Assembly: GCA_964016885.1 (NCBI GenBank)
Contig: OZ024740.1
Coordinates: forward strand, 261,640,001-261,704,000
DNA from: Eledone cirrhosa
Taxonomy: Eukaryota
Direction of reading: 5' to 3'
DNA length: 64,000 bases
Below the pieces are notes generated by a model. The model was not told the DNA's origin and made no database searches. It saw only the letters and a program-made list of their open reading frames with translations. The position numbers and the translations under genes are program-made. Below, in pieces: positions 39,830 through 54,309 of this stretch. Every line of letters begins with the position of its first letter. The stretch's first letter is position 1.

Positions 39830-41470
39830 ACACCAGGTCTGAACATAGAGGAGCCGAACTCCCACTGTCATCGCCCCCATCTCTCTCACTCTCCCCACCT
39901 CAAACTATTATGAGCCAATGAGGTCCCACTTTGTGGCCGTCCCACACCCCCGGCGGATAGAATGGAGAAGGCATTTCCCAGGAGGATAGTAAGGGAGTTG
40001 CGCTGGAAGAGCCATTCCATCTCGCGAGGCTGACACCTGTGGTTTGCCAGTTCAGCGCCTACGGTGATAAGTAGGGAGGTGGCTCTAGGGCCAAGGAGAC
40101 CAAAAGTCTCCACTGCTCGATGCTCGACTGCAAACCTGTCGGAGAGTGACAGGTATTTGGAGAGTTTACCCTCCTCAGCTCGAAGTGCGCAGCAAAACCT
40201 GGGTTAGTCGCAGACTGCACCAGGTTGCCGCTGGAGAACGTGTTTCTGCAAGTGGCATCCCAAACGAGGGGTTTACTACTGCCGAACGGGAAGATGGTCA
40301 TGAAATCTGGCCTTTTGCCGTTCCCCCGGTCCAACCCTATCAGCTCGAGCTGGGAGGGGAAGCCTGCAGCATCCAAGCCATGCTTTATGACCTAGTTAGA
40401 GCAGCATGGCATGGAAGACGGCCGGCAGTCTAGCGACAGGAAAGTGGGTGGAGGCTGAAAGAATCCACGATGGAACCGCAGTGACATCGCTGTGGCTCGC
40501 AGATCCGGAGGCCAAGCCTCAGAGAAACCTTGATGCATAGGCTATCATTGTGCAGCTGCGTGCCAATAGAGAAGGAGGGTAAGGCATAAAGCCAGACACC
40601 ACTATGGGGTTTGGGGGCCGCATGAAAACATGCGCGGCAGTGCTGGTTAAAATGGCCCGCTAGACTGTCTGAGGCCAGGTTGCACTTGATGGCATCCCAA
40701 ATACTCTGGGGGGACTTGGCGTCAACAGGCAGAGAAGGAGAAGGGACGTATACTGGGCTAAGTCCAAGCCGATTCCACGTCTCGCAAGCCGGCCTCACGT
40801 TCCTCAATCACAGTTGGTTCCTTTGTGTTTAGGAGAACCTTGTTGATGAGGACGCGGCATGAGGTTACCGATTAAAGAATCGCCGGAAAAGCCATCGAGA
40901 TCGGGGACTGGAGGCCAAGGTCACCATATCTGACAGGTAAGGTGGTCTGTTGCCATCCAAGGTCGTCAAACCTGACTTTGTATATCTCCTCAACTATCGC
41001 TCCGATACAAGTGTCTAGGAAAGCAAGGAGAGATATATGACTGTAGGAAGGAGCGCTACGAAAAGTGTAGAAGAGCTTCGGCATGGTGAAGCAGTTTTTC
41101 AACAGCAAGAGGGCTGGGCGTCAATCATGCTCAGTCTGCTCGTGAGGGTCTTGAGCGGCTGGACCCTAGACCTGATAATGGAGCGGATGGCCGGCGAGTG
41201 GATAGGTGACCCGTCGATGAGGACATTCTCTTTAGGGGTCACCTGTACGTGGAGGAGAATAGATTGTACGTCTGAGACGGAGGCTGCAAAGCTCTCCTAG
41301 TTGCATCGGGCTGAGAGCCTCGCCTACTTCAGGTGTGATGGACCTGCAGACCACCTAAGCAGCCAGCGTCCGGAAGATATTGCCCACAGTGATGGGGCAT
41401 ATGCCACCTTCTGGCCGAAAAAAGAAGCCTCGGTGTGAGGGCCCAGGGCGCCATAAATAAACCTATTAGT
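39830..41470 (-). mobile_element. CRE-clade non-LTR retrotransposon, decayed
   Basis: PITVGNIFRTLAA, WQQTTLPVRYGDLGL, SGVWLYALP, CHCG...HPLSC, GKRPDFMTIFPF...LVWDATC, ETFGLLG, FQRNSLTILLGNA. Confidence 0.85.
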
Positions 41471-41500
41471 GAGTGGCTTCCTCTCTCTCTCTATATATAT

Positions 41501-41895
41501 ATATATTATAAAGTGAAATTACAGGCGGCCAAAAATGTTGAATTTCCTTAATTATTAATTTCTGCAAGCACTATGCACATTTGAGTGTCCAAGTTGTGTG
41601 AGAACCTGATGACGTCGAGGCATGACAAAAACATGTTGCTTCGTTCGTCTCTGAGTCAAAAACAAAAATACATTTTTTCTTCTCTGTTTTTTTCTTAGCC
41701 TTTTTCTTTGCTTGTTTCCTTAAAGTTTACCTTCTTTTCGTTGGTATATATCTATTATGCAATATACACCTGAAGATGTCACCAGTTTCTTACACAAAAT
41801 GTTTCTTACACTGAAATGTGCATAGTGTTTGCAGAAATAAATAATTAAGGAAATTCAACCTGTTTGGCCTCCTCTCATTTTACTTTATAATATAT
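41501..41895. repeat. Diverged inverted repeat (about 88-bp arms) enclosing a hammerhead remnant
   Basis: 41501-41588 versus 41808-41895; CTGATGA cgtc...gac aaaa ACATGTT at 41606-41637. Confidence 0.7.
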
Positions 41896-42290
41896 TTGAC
41901 TTCATTCTCGCACCACCAACATGATTCAACATCAGAGATGGAGGAGTTGCATAACGTCGAGTGCTTTTCTCATATCAAGTCAAGGTTAACATTGCAGAAT
42001 GACCAATTCTACCCAGTGATAAACCACCAAATTTAAACGTATATGCACACTTTGATTAGAATGCTGTTGAAGTGTCTATACATTTTTGGTATATATGTTT
42101 TCTTTCTTTTTTTTTTATTTTTACCCGTTTCTTCTTCTTATCTTTCTATTTTATCTGTTATTTCTAATTTTATCTGCTGATAAAGGACTAGTATCCGGAA
42201 CGTTAAGACTCTTTTCCTCTTATATGAAGCGTTAAACTAATATATTTCTTCAATGTACTGTGTCGTTTGCTTTGTTATTCCTGTTATACT

Positions 42291-42372
<82 letters not shown>

Positions 42373-43149
42373 GGTGCGGAGGTATTTTTTCTTCGCGTAG
42401 GCACTTGTATATGAGAGAGTGTTTTCGAACAATCTGCCAATATCAATATACAGTTGCTAAAGTGCAACAGACATTCAACATTAAGTTATATATGTCGAAA
42501 ACTAAAATCGAATTTCAAACCTCATACGGATTTTCCTCTTCCCTTACACGGCTGTTCATGTTGTGAATTGATTATAAACGTAGTTTTATTTCCTTTTGTT
42601 AAACATATCACAGTATTTGACAGGAAATGGCGTTGGGAGTTTTGGATAATTGCAAACCTGGCAATAAAAATAAAAGAAAAATGATTTCGTCTGTTAGTTT
42701 TCGTTTAGTTGTAAAGTACATGGTCCCCCCCTTCTCTCTCTCTCTCTCTCTCATCCTCCCCTTTTATCTTTCTCCCCCTTCTCTCTCCATATCTATCTAT
42801 GAGACTGTGTGTCTGTGTTGTATGGTATGTGTACTGACTGTATTTACAAATTCACTAATAGCAATATAAGTTTCCTAACGGTAGCCTCGTTTTCGATTTA
42901 CCGTTGATGAGCTGAATTAACAACTATATTTCCATTAGAATTTTACGTCAGAATCTTTTCAACGTTAAGCTCCAAATGCCAACTTCTTTTTTCTCGTAAG
43001 GAGTCGGCACCATATTAACATACGGCGTGTCTATGGTATTCTTAAACCTTGCAGAGCCCATCTCTCTCCAGGTCTGAATACAACATAGAATTATAGATAA
43101 TGAGAGAGAGAGAGAGATGAAGTGAGAAATAGATAAAGAGGAAGATTCG

Positions 43150-43285
43150 GCCCCAGTGCTAGACTAGTACATTTTTATCGAGATCGAAAGGATGAAAAGC
43201 AAAGTTGACCTCTGCAAGATTTGAAATCAAAGAGCAGAAGGCCAGAACGAATAATCTGAATCATTCTATCCGACGTTCTCACGAT
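43150..43285 (-). mobile_element. Old SINE copy related to family A
   Basis: tttatcga...gaaaggatgaaaagcaaagttgacctc...atttgaa; similar remnants near 17860 and 21750. Confidence 0.7.
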
Positions 43286-44686
43286 TCTGCCAATTCGCCG
43301 CCTTCCACAAACAAATAAGAACACACAATGCTGCACACTCTACAGGAACACGAACTCACCTGATGAAGCAGTAGCCTTAAACACCTACTTACTATAGAGT
43401 AAATCTCTTATTTGAGTAATTCCTTTAAAATCTTGATTTTTAAAATTATTTGAAAATTCTGTTTGAGGGTCTTCTAAACAGTTTCTGCCTACATATTTTC
43501 ACTCACAAGTCATGGAAACTTTAACATCAAAACCTGATGTCAGGTTTTGATCTAAACAGTTCAGTTGAGCTCCTAGGTAATCCCATCCACCCCTGGTGGT
43601 AAAAATCAATCATTTTGAGGACTCCTGGGGTAAAGTTTTCTTTCAGTCTCACTTAATGTTTTCTCAACCATCGATATATATTTGAATATTTATTTCCCTA
43701 CTAAACTTACTTCATTTTTGTTAGTATTCGAATCCTGGAAATTCTATTTTCCTTAATTACCATTTCCTACACACATATTCACACAAACTCAAACTTACCC
43801 CCCCCCCCCCCACACACACATTCACCAACATACATGCAAGTCCTACTTTCAGCCAGTTCCATATAAAATCGAAAATTTTACGAAATTAGCAAGGAAAAAA
43901 ATCTATACGATGTCTGATTATAAAGAAGATACTGGATATATTGTTAATGCAGATCATAAACAAGCGTAACCGACTGAAAAATTAGTGTCAATAGTGTCAA
44001 AACATATATACACATGCACATACGTACGTACATATCTGACGTTCGGGTTCCCTGCAACTTTTCTTTACTGACTGTCATCTGCATAAAGATGGCTATTTGC
44101 AGGACCGAATCTGACGTGTTGGACTGGATCTCCTTCACTATTCTACCACTGCAATGCATTTATCATTATGGAATTTGGGACCATGTGATGTTTTACAAAG
44201 GACATGAGTGTCTACAGTATGTATATAAACTTTATCGCTCCACAAGATGTAGTTATTCAATCTTCCCATGCCCTTCAACACGGTATCATTCCTATATTTT
44301 CTCTTATTTTTTAATCTTTTCTTTTGTTACTCTGCTTTGATAAATATTTTAACCATGTACATCAGATCTCTTCTCTTTCTATTCAGTCTACATCAGTCTA
44401 CAATGTCAGACGTTGTTCATATTTCTTTGCATACATTTTATTAAACACATTTTTTTTCACTATTTTCAAATTTTTGTTTAATTTGTTATTAAACTGGTTC
44501 GTTTCAAATGTTTGCTCTCCTGTCCTTTGTGTTCTCTTCACACACACACACCACACACACAAACATAAATGTATAGATTAGGCTACCTGTTTACACTAGT
44601 AAGACCATTATTCAGACATGTATATAGTGTATATATATATGTATTTATATATATATAAATACACACACACACACACACACATATTT

Positions 44687-44765
<79 letters not shown>

Positions 44766-44997
44766 GGTGAGTGTGTGCGTGATTAGACATGAATGATAAA
44801 TAAGGCAGATGTCTGAAGTAAATTGTCTCTCGGCGGTAAAAATAAAAGAACAATATAAAATAAATATAAATTCTATAATTTCCAATGCCATTAAACGATG
44901 TTAAACTTCGAATATACAAAATCGATTTGTAATGTAGGAAGCGACAGTTTGTTAAGATGGTTTCTAAGATAGAGCTGTGACACAGCTAACTGTAAAA

Positions 44998-45110
44998 GAG
45001 CGTAGCTTAGTGGTTAGGGGATTGGATTCGCAATCGTTAGGCTGCGAGTTAGATTCCCAGACCGGGCAATGTATTATGTCCTTAACCAAGACATTGTATT
45101 TCACGCTGTT
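44998..45110 (+). mobile_element. tRNA-derived SINE head (different family)
   Basis: gcgtagcttagtggttagg...gagttagattccc followed by a gtccttaaccaagaca core. Confidence 0.65.
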
Positions 45111-45299
45111 CTTTCTGATAGGAGTTGTGACCGGTCGATCGTATCAGTAATTGGAAAGATCAATGGACACATTGTTTCCTTGGTTCTATTTGAAGACTTC
45201 CACCCCAGTCGGTAAGCAAATGAGGTCGGATCTTGTCGATATATAAGTAATACAAACTGCATTATTTATATAAACTATATGTAGCAAACGTATTATATA

Positions 45300-45356
<57 letters not shown>

Positions 45357-45446
45357 TATCCTTGAAAAAAAAAATGAAAATTCCCCAACATGCTTTTAAT
45401 TTTTCTTTTTGCATTAACGTTTTCTTAAAATGGTATGTCAGAAAAT

Positions 45447-45483
<37 letters not shown>

Positions 45484-45597
45484 ACACATACACACATATT
45501 TACATACACACACACACTCACACACACACACATATATATATACACACATACACACATACATACACACATATTTACACACACACACACACATATATTT

Positions 45598-45630
<33 letters not shown>

Positions 45631-45997
45631 TATATCATTTATGGAGGTATATATTGAGCAAAAATAAAAAAATAATATATAAACAACAACAAGAACAGAA
45701 TTAACATTAGGTTTTCATGTGATGTAGTTACTAGCATTGTTGTTATATACATCGAGGAAACCATCTCTTTGATGTGTTCACAATTGTTTTTCTGAAATGG
45801 TCTTTCAGTAAAGAATAATTGAACGTAAATAAAAATAATGACTATGGTAATAATATACAGAAACAAAGCACCCCCAACACACGCCCCCCACATACCCCCC
45901 CCCCCCACACACACACTCACACATACCCCCCCAACTTCCATTTTCCTTTCCTTTCTTTCGTTATTTGTTTATTCCATTTTCTATCATTTGTAGCTGA

Positions 45998-46194
45998 AAT
46001 AATAATAATAATAATAATTGTTTCTACTTTAGGCACAAGGCCAGCAATTACCCAGTACATTACCGGTACTTTATTTTATCGACCCCCGTAAGGATGAAAG
46101 GCAAAGTTAACCTCGGCGGGATTTGAACTCAGACTGTGAAGGGACGTAACTATGCTAGAAAGCATGGCGTCCAACCCTCTACCGATACTGCCAA
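45998..46194 (-). mobile_element. SINE family A variant, complete copy
   Basis: Reverse complement of the 17148-type copy. Confidence 0.9.
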
Positions 46195-49100
46195 ATAATG
46201 ATTCCATTTATTGGCCACAAGGACCGACATGTAGGGGACAACAAAGACACGGTCAGCGGGGGTTTACAATAAACTCGAGTAAAAGTATACAAAAGCAAAA
46301 CCAATTTAACAATGAAAATATAAAATAAACTATGTATAAACATAACAAAATAGATTCCCCAATAGAGGGGTGAGGTGCACGAGACGGGGGCAACTCAGGT
46401 ACCCCACCAATCCTGAACCAACCGACGCTTCAAGGGCACCCGGGAAGGGCACCCCTCTGCTCCACAAATTAACCAGCTTACAGGCGCATGCTCAGAGTAG
46501 GCCCACTCCCATGGGCCATTCTCGCCACATTCACCCACCTTTTAACAAATGTACTGGGGGCAGCACTTCTCTCTCCACCCTCACCTTCCTTTCCAATGAA
46601 ATTAGAAAAAGTTGAGGGATTGGCCGAAGAGAAAAGTGTCTGTCTTCAGTCCTTTCAACCTGGTCCACCATACAACCTCTTTCGCTAGTGCCACCAGACA
46701 GAGGAAAATTGCCTGCTCTTCCTGTTCAAAAGAAGGCGACGGGTCGATCTTCACTATGGACTCGGCCGATAGCCGGATCCATTCTGCATGCGACAACAGC
46801 TGTTCGACATAACTCCACAAAGCAGTAATACACGGACATTGGGCGAGTGCGTGCAGAACGGTTTCGTCGCTCTGCGCGCATCTCGGGCAGGTCCGTCTGA
46901 CAGTACTTCCGTGCATGTAGAGTTTATCTCGAACCGGCAGTGCCCCCTGGTAGCACTGCCAAGCGAGGGATTTTTGGAAGTTATCCATCGTTCCCGGATC
47001 GAAATTCCTCCGGGAACAGACTGGTCAGTTCGACTTCGTCGACGACCAGAGCCTCTCGGAGTGCGTCGTTGCACTTTCCCACCACTAATATTTCTATAGA
47101 ACCCTAGAGTTCCACTGACCACATTGCCCGCCTGGTAGAGAGCAGTGAGTGCCTGGCAACGTTCCAGATGCCAGGCAACCATCTCGGTCTCTTTATGACC
47201 AGAACTGCAGCCCAGTCAAAGAGACGAGCTGCGGAAAGGCCTGTCACAAACGGTGGCCACACCTGATCATCGTTTAGGCAGAATATCTGGAGATGCTGCA
47301 GCCCCAACACATGTTTGCGCATCATTATCCATGGCATACCCAGCTCTCCGCGTAAAGAGTGCTGGCAGCACATGGACCGCCTCACCAACGGAACCTGACG
47401 GTCAGGCGCTAGTAGACGATGTACGCGTTTGCCACCTCCGCCCGATCTTTCAGAGACACTCAGCCCATTTCTGCGTGATCGTTCCAATTCTTATCCACCT
47501 AGACGTCTGGTCCATACCAAACCTCTAGCAATTTTATCGGTCTGTCCATCCAGCGCCCGACGACGCTGTTGGACGACACGGACTTGCCTCTCCGGGTGCC
47601 GAGCTGCCGACGTTTCTGGGTTAAATTTTGCTCCCGTCAACCTTTCATATTCCTCCACTAAGATGCCGACAACCTCGATTTCCAAGTTGTTCGACACCAT
47701 CACAGTGATGTCGTCCGCATAAGCCGGCACAGCCGTTCCGCGTCCCGGTTCGAGCGGGATACTCTGCAACGGCTCCAGTTTCCTCAGTAAAGGCTCGAGA
47801 GTCAATCCATACACAAGGGAGGAGCACCCTTAACGGACCGATCTGAAACGGTTGCAAGAGGTGGCCATTAACTTTGACCACCGAGCAGATGCCGCAGCGT
47901 TGCAGTGATCCAGCCTCTGATGACGAAGCCGAAACCAGCTGCCTTGAGGACAGCCTCCAGGTATCGATAGTCGACCTTATAGAAAGCTTTCGATTGATCT
48001 AAATTGATCAGAGCCCCACCGAAGCCAGATTTACACTCTACCCTCTCTATGATGTATCGCATAAGGTGGAGATTGTCTCTATGGACCTGGTCGGGATTGC
48101 GCAAGTCTGTGCCTCCCCTACCTAATCCTCGACGACAAGCGTCAACAACATTGCTAATACCTTGGCCAAAATCTTAAACTCTGCGTTGAGCGGAGCTATC
48201 TATGGACCTGAAATTATCTAAAGTATCCCTCTTGTTCTCATCTTTCCTCATCAGCGTCACTGCGCCCCGGCTCACATAACTAGGAATAGTCATGTTCAGT
48301 TGCCAGTTGCAGTAGAACTCTTTCAGGAGATCGGAGAACACGTTTGACAAGTCTATATAAAAGCTTGTAGGGCAGACCATCTAAATCGGTAACTATCAGG
48401 AAGTTGGAACTGGTTGATCAGGTACTTTAAGCTTTTTCTCCCCCCAATGGTCCTATCAGTTACTCCCATACAATCCCATCGTGCGTCTAAGATGCCGTCC
48501 AGTCCCCCGCTAAAAGTAAAAGGTGAGGATACCCAGAAAGGCTTCCAAGGTACCTAAAGAAGTCCGGCCGTCCGGCTCCGGTTGGGGCGTAGACGGCCAC
48601 CTGCCTAAAGGCACCACCTTAGCTATTGTTCACATGCAAGACCACCAATTTACCGTCCGAATCCCAGAAGGTCGATCTTACCTCGAGATCCAGGCCTTTC
48701 CGAAACAGCACTGCCACCACACCCCTCATTTCCGGCCGATTAACAGATGCGAACATCTGATAGTCTTCGAAAATGGGGGCTAGTGAGCACGTGTCGAAAA
48801 TCCTGGTCTCGCTGACGGCAATTATATCCATATCTAGAGACCTGAGTTCGTTGAACAGGTGCCCCTGCTTCCAGCATGACCCCAGGCCACGAACATTTAG
48901 ACTTGCTACTCTTAATATGGCCATGTTGGCAGGCTAAAGGAGAGAGGAAAGGTTTACTTACCACCCGAGGTCTTGTGGCGGTTGGTTGGTTCGATCTCCA
49001 TAGTTGTTGGGGTTTCTTTTGGTAATCCCTTTAAAAGTCTCGATGTGAGTTTCACGTTCGGGGTTCTAAAAGAAAGCTCTAATTCCTTTATAGGAATCGA

Positions 49101-51192
49101 GCGACATTCGTACTAGAAACAAATCTTCTGTTACACGAAATGTGCTTAATTCAAAAATCTCCTCCTGTTTGAATTTCTTTAATTCGTGCTACGAGGGCCA
49201 TCAATTCCTCGGTGGCTCTTCTCACAAGCACGAGGTTTTGTATGTTTTGTTGGTGTGGTTTTATTTGTTTGCGTTTGGTGACTGTGGTGGTGATAGTTTT
49301 GTTGGTGTTTGAGGGCAGAAGGCTCGCAGACGCGTTGCTTTGTCGAAGACGAAGCAGTGAGGCCTTCTTCCCCCAGTAATCAATTGGATTGTTGACCCGT
49401 CCTGAAGGCGGACATGATCTGGGATGTTATTTAGCTGTTCTGGTTTGATTTGGAGAAGTATTTCCAAATCCATCCCGGACTAGTCTTCTCTCTCTGTTCT
49501 TTTAACGTCTATGAGGGTACTATCAATACACTCCTCGACCACGCATTCCAGGAGCCACCACAGGTTCATTCCTGGTGGGATCCTGGGAATGCGGACCTTT
49601 ACAGCTCTTTTGCCCATGTAGGACGGGTACATTATTATGCGGCCTGTTCTGCAGGGGGCCACGAATTGCTTAATAGCAAGGGCTTCGGTTTTGAACAGTA
49701 CCGAGATGGAACGAACTGTCTGCCCCTGCTTTGTATTCATCTTTGATGTATTTTAGTGCCGCCTCGACTTCTGTCTGGCTGCGAAAATGCAAAGTCCTTC
49801 GGTTCGTCCGGGTTTGTTAGGTTGGCCCAGGATATTTCGCACCTAATTAATTTCTACGCCTGAGCCAACTGTTGCTCCTTTTCTGTAATGTCCACGTTAA
49901 TTTATTTTTGTTTTTGCAGCCGCTGCCGGTAATATGCTGTTGTTGTTAGCGATGTTGTTGCTCTCATTGTTGCTCTTGTTGTTGGTGTTGTTGTCAATGT
50001 TGTTCCTGGTGCAGTTGTTGTTTTCTTTGTCGGAGTTGATGCTGGTTGTGTTGTTCTTGGTGCAGTTGGTGTTTGTTGTTGTCGCTGTTGTCGCTGGTGT
50101 TGTTGTTGTCGCTGGTGTTGTTGTTGTCGCTGGTGTTGTTGTTGTGGTTGTTGTTGTTGTTGTTGTTGTTGTTGGTGTTGTTGTTGTTGTCGCTGTTGCC
50201 GCTGTTGTTGTTGTTGTTGTCGTTGTTGTTGTCGCTGTTGTCGCTGGTGTTGTTGTTGTTGTCGCTGGTGTTGTTGTTATCGCTGGTGTTGTTGTTGTTG
50301 TTGTTGTTGTTGTCGCTGGTGTTGTTGTTGTTGTTGTCGCTGGTGTTGTTGTTGTTGTTGTCGCTGGTGTTGTTGTTGTTGTTGTCGCTGGTGTTGTTGT
50401 TATCGCTGGTGTTGTTGTTGTTGTTGTTGTTGTCGCTGGTGTTGTTGTTGTTGTTGTCGCTGGTGTTGTTGTTGTTGTCGCTGGTGTTGTTGTTGTTGTC
50501 GCTGGTGTTGTTGTTGTTGTTGTTGTTGTCACTGTTGTTGTCGCTGGTGTTGTTGTTGTTGTTATTGTCGCTGGTGTTGTTGTTGTCGCTGTTGTCGCTA
50601 TTGTTGTTGTTGTTGTCGCTGTTGGTGTTGTTGTTGTTGCTGTCGCTGTTGGTGTTGTTGTTGTTGTTGTTGTTGTCGCTGTTGGTATTGTTGTTGTTGT
50701 CGCTGTTGGTGTTGTTGTTGTTGTTGTTGTTGTTGTCGCTGTTGTTGTTGTTGTTGTTTTCAATTGTTTCATTTTTTTCGGTTGCTTTTGGTGTTGTATT
50801 TGTTTATGTTGTTGTTGTTGGTAGTGTTCCTAATATCGCTGTTGATATTGTTATTTTTGTTGCTGCCTGCTGTGCTGTTATTCATAACAGTGATGTTGGT
50901 GGGGACGGTGCTTTTGTTCCCAAAGTTTAGGCCGCTCTCTTACGACAGCAAACTCAAAGTTGCGGGCGTTGCTCCGCCATTTTTTCGATATAAAAAAAAA
51001 CAAAAACAAATAATGTTTATATACTTGGGCCAAAAGGCCAACATATTATACAATCTCCCCTTCATCAAGTCCAGATGGAAGTCTTACGACCCTTTTTCAA
51101 AATCAATATAATATATTCGAAAGAAAAGTTCTGAAAATGTTCTACCTTGCGGAGCTGACAAAGATATGTCTTCTCAGTCAGACAACCAACGA
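46195..51192 (-). mobile_element. Tx1/L1-clade LINE, both ends present, internal deletions, Thr-repeat-expanded ORF1
   Basis: ORF2 from 48924 (MAILRVASLNVRGL), LDQSKAF, AYADDIT, CPRCAQSDETVLHALAQC; ORF1 homologous to 35607-36466; (ATT)n at the 5' flank. Confidence 0.92.
49930..50820. repeat. Compound (GTT)n-GTCGCTGGT repeat (poly-Thr/TPA on the minus strand, in LINE ORF1)
   Basis: Direct inspection; ORF 49897-50772. Confidence 0.92.
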
Positions 51193-51889
51193 TAATAATA
51201 ATAATAATAATTATAAATGATGTATTAAAATTTTAATTAAATCATAATTTCTGATTATTACCTTGGTGTTAAATGTATTAAAGCAATAATGATTAAAATA
51301 TTTATAAAAATAATAATTAACTAAGAAATAAAAAAAAATGAATGCCATTACAACATAATGAAAATATAAGGCAAATATTTATATTAACTATATTCGTATG
51401 TGTGCATGCGTGAGTACATATGAGACTGTGAGAAGGTGTGCATATGTGTGTGTGCGCGTTTGTGGGTGCGCTTATATATATATATATATATGCATGTGTG
51501 TGTAGTGACGAATAATGAAATCACTAATTATGGATTGTGATCTGCTGTTGAATTTGATAGCTTCTGTGATTTAATAATTCAGAAATAATTATTAAAAACA
51601 ATTTCTTTGTTTGTCTTTTTGCTCATTAATTGTTATTTCCATTAATTTTATTTTCGTTAATTACGTTTTGATAGATCACTTAAGTTTAAGTGTCAAACCA
51701 AGGTGGCATGCTCAGGTTTTCAATGCAAATGTGATTGCATCGAAAAAATATGGTTGTTTTGTGTTGAAGATAAAAAAAAAACAATGAGGCATACAGTACA
51801 GTTTAGCTAAAAAAACAACAAAAACAAACAAAAACTGGCCCCGCGCACGTTTTGTGTGACTGTACAGGTGTCCCAAAAGTCACTAGATT

Positions 51890-53630
51890 ATTTCAAATTA
51901 TGCATAAAGTACATTTTCTTGTACTTGTTTTATTATTCTTTTGATTGATCTAAAATGGACCGATTTATTACATATGGAATACCACGTTCTTTCATCTCCC
52001 ACACTCTGTTTGCCAGCGCCGTGGTTTCTTTTTTCAGGATGTCTGAAAAAAACGACATGTGCGTAATATCGTTGTTTAAATTTATCTTGAGTCATACCCA
52101 GATATCGCTCACTGGTAACTGGTTGGTTGGTGTTTAAAGGTCTCAATGTTGCCTCATCGATTTTATGTTGCATTTGCTCTGTAGAGGACATTCTCCTGCA
52201 TTTCTGCATGAACATCCTGGATTTTCTCTGGGTATTTTCCAATTGGTAATCTTGGTTTTCATTGAAGGACTGCGTGAATAGATAATCTTGACTAAATTTC
52301 TGTTAAATATTTTATTATATCTATGTTGTTGGGGGAAAGGTTTATCTAAGAGATCAAGGAACTTTCTGCTTACATTTGTTTTTACTGCTAATGAAAAGGG
52401 AGGTGTAAACGAAATTATTTTCTTTTTCTATTTTTATGTTTAATTGTATTAGTAGGGTTAGGTATATATTTAATTATTTCGTTAAAACCACTATTTTTAA
52501 GGGCTGCTTTATTAAATATTTCTTCAGAGAGGGTTGATATCCTACGATTAATATTCGGGATAAGGTTTTTAAATACTATGGGGGAGGGGGGATGGCATGA
52601 CCCTTTATTTATATACCTTAAATTTTTATTAGGTTTATGATATGGTTTAAAAGAAGCAGTAAATAAATCAAGATTAATATCGAGAAAGTTAGTATTAGTT
52701 AGATTTGTATATTTGTGATTTTAAGATTTAGATTAGAGAAGGTTTTTATCAAGTCTTTTCAAAATTTGTCAAGATCATAGCTATTGGTGGTATGAGAAAC
52801 TGCTAGTCCGTCATCTTGATATAATCTGATAGTGTGATTGGGGAATTTCTCTTTAAGTGTGTGGAGAAGGAATAAGCCAACTAAAGCACACGCATCGGCA
52901 CTATCGAAAGTACCCATTGTGACGTAAAAAGGATTTTCTCGGTTTGAATTTTTTAACTCAGGTTTCGTCTTTGGCAAACAGTAAATTTTTTCTGGCATGC
53001 AAAATTACATCTTTCTCTGGTTCTGATATATCAGTAAATTGTCTAGCAAGATCTAAGGCTTTGGCTAACACGGAGTGAGTAATAGAAGAGTAGAAATCTA
53101 CTATATCAAATTGGATAAATCTAGACATATTTTCCTCTTGTAAATTATTAAACCAAGATATAACTGAGGAGGTATTTAACCATTGAAATAATTCTGTTTT
53201 ATTTCTTATTTGTTTAATGATATTTCTTAAAATTTTGTTTTTACTAGCAGGTTTAATAAGTGTACAACTAGGTCGGTTATTGAAATCTATTTTATATGTC
53301 TTTAAGTGTAATATAGGCTTTACGTTTTGCTACGCATTCAGTTCTATTATCTATTCTTAATTGTCTTGCTATATCTTTAGTTTCATTATTTATATTATTA
53401 TACATATTATTTTTGGTCTTTTGATATTTAGTAGTAATGCTATCTGTTAAAAGTTGGTTATATAATTGGTTATTAACTTCATATAAATTTTTAGTTTTAT
53501 CGGAAAATACAAACGTATTATTAGAGGATTTAATATTAGAAATATCGTTAGAAAGTTTAGTTTGAAAATTATTATTGTACTTACGAAATTTTAGTTGGTT
53601 GATCATATTAACTAAGTTTATATACATATA
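51890..53630 (-). mobile_element. Penelope-like element (RT plus GIY-YIG), decayed
   Basis: FSDKTKNLY, AYITLKD, FIQFDIVDFYSSI, FYVTMGTFDSADACALVG, LYQDDGL, YLGMTQDKFKQRYYAH. Confidence 0.88.
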
Positions 53631-54309
53631 TCGAAGAGAATCAGTACAGCTCCGGCCGTCACTTATTCACTCAATGGTGTAATAAGGTTTGTATGTTAGA
53701 AATACATACTGCACACACACGTTAAGTAGTAAGATAAACAACTCCGTATGGGTAGTGATATTTGTATATCATATAAACCCGGAGTGTTAAGCAGTTTCTG
53801 TGCTCCAGTCAACAATAGTTGCAACTACAACCATAATTCACAGTTATTAGGTACCATCTGCAGACTTTACATTACTTAGCGCTGGAAATCATGTCCTCAG
53901 CGAGTAATCACCTCCTACGAATCGAAACATTTGTTTAAATGATTCATAGAAGTGTAGTCGCTGCCATCACAAGTGTAGATGTTTCAGACACGTACGACAC
54001 GTGACTGCTCCGAAAGAGGAGGTCGGTCAAAACCTGACCATTGTTACCGAATATGATGGCGGGAAATTCAAAATCTAAATATAAGCCAAACTCTCATTCA
54101 TGTTATTTATGTAAGGTTGAGATCCCCAAAATGTATATAAATCGAACTAGAATATATATATAGTAGGGATTTAGATCCATTATTGCTAAAAGCATAAAAG
54201 CTTTTGTAATTATTCCGACCTCTTTGTCTGCAGACAAAAACATGTTAAGGCTGATAACAATCAAAGAAACCTAAGATGTTGAACTATTCAGCAAAAAGAG
54301 TTTAGTCAT

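Noticed and set aside
43340-43385. CTGATGA agcagtagcc as a hammerhead
   Set aside because: No GAAA or stem III.
43525-43552. Small palindrome atcaaaacctga-tg-tcaggttttgat
   Set aside because: Isolated, with no supporting context.
44014-44340. 108-aa ORF in unique-looking sequence
   Set aside because: No recognisable motif in any frame examined.
44998-45062. tRNA gene
   Set aside because: Poor cloverleaf and it continues into a SINE core.
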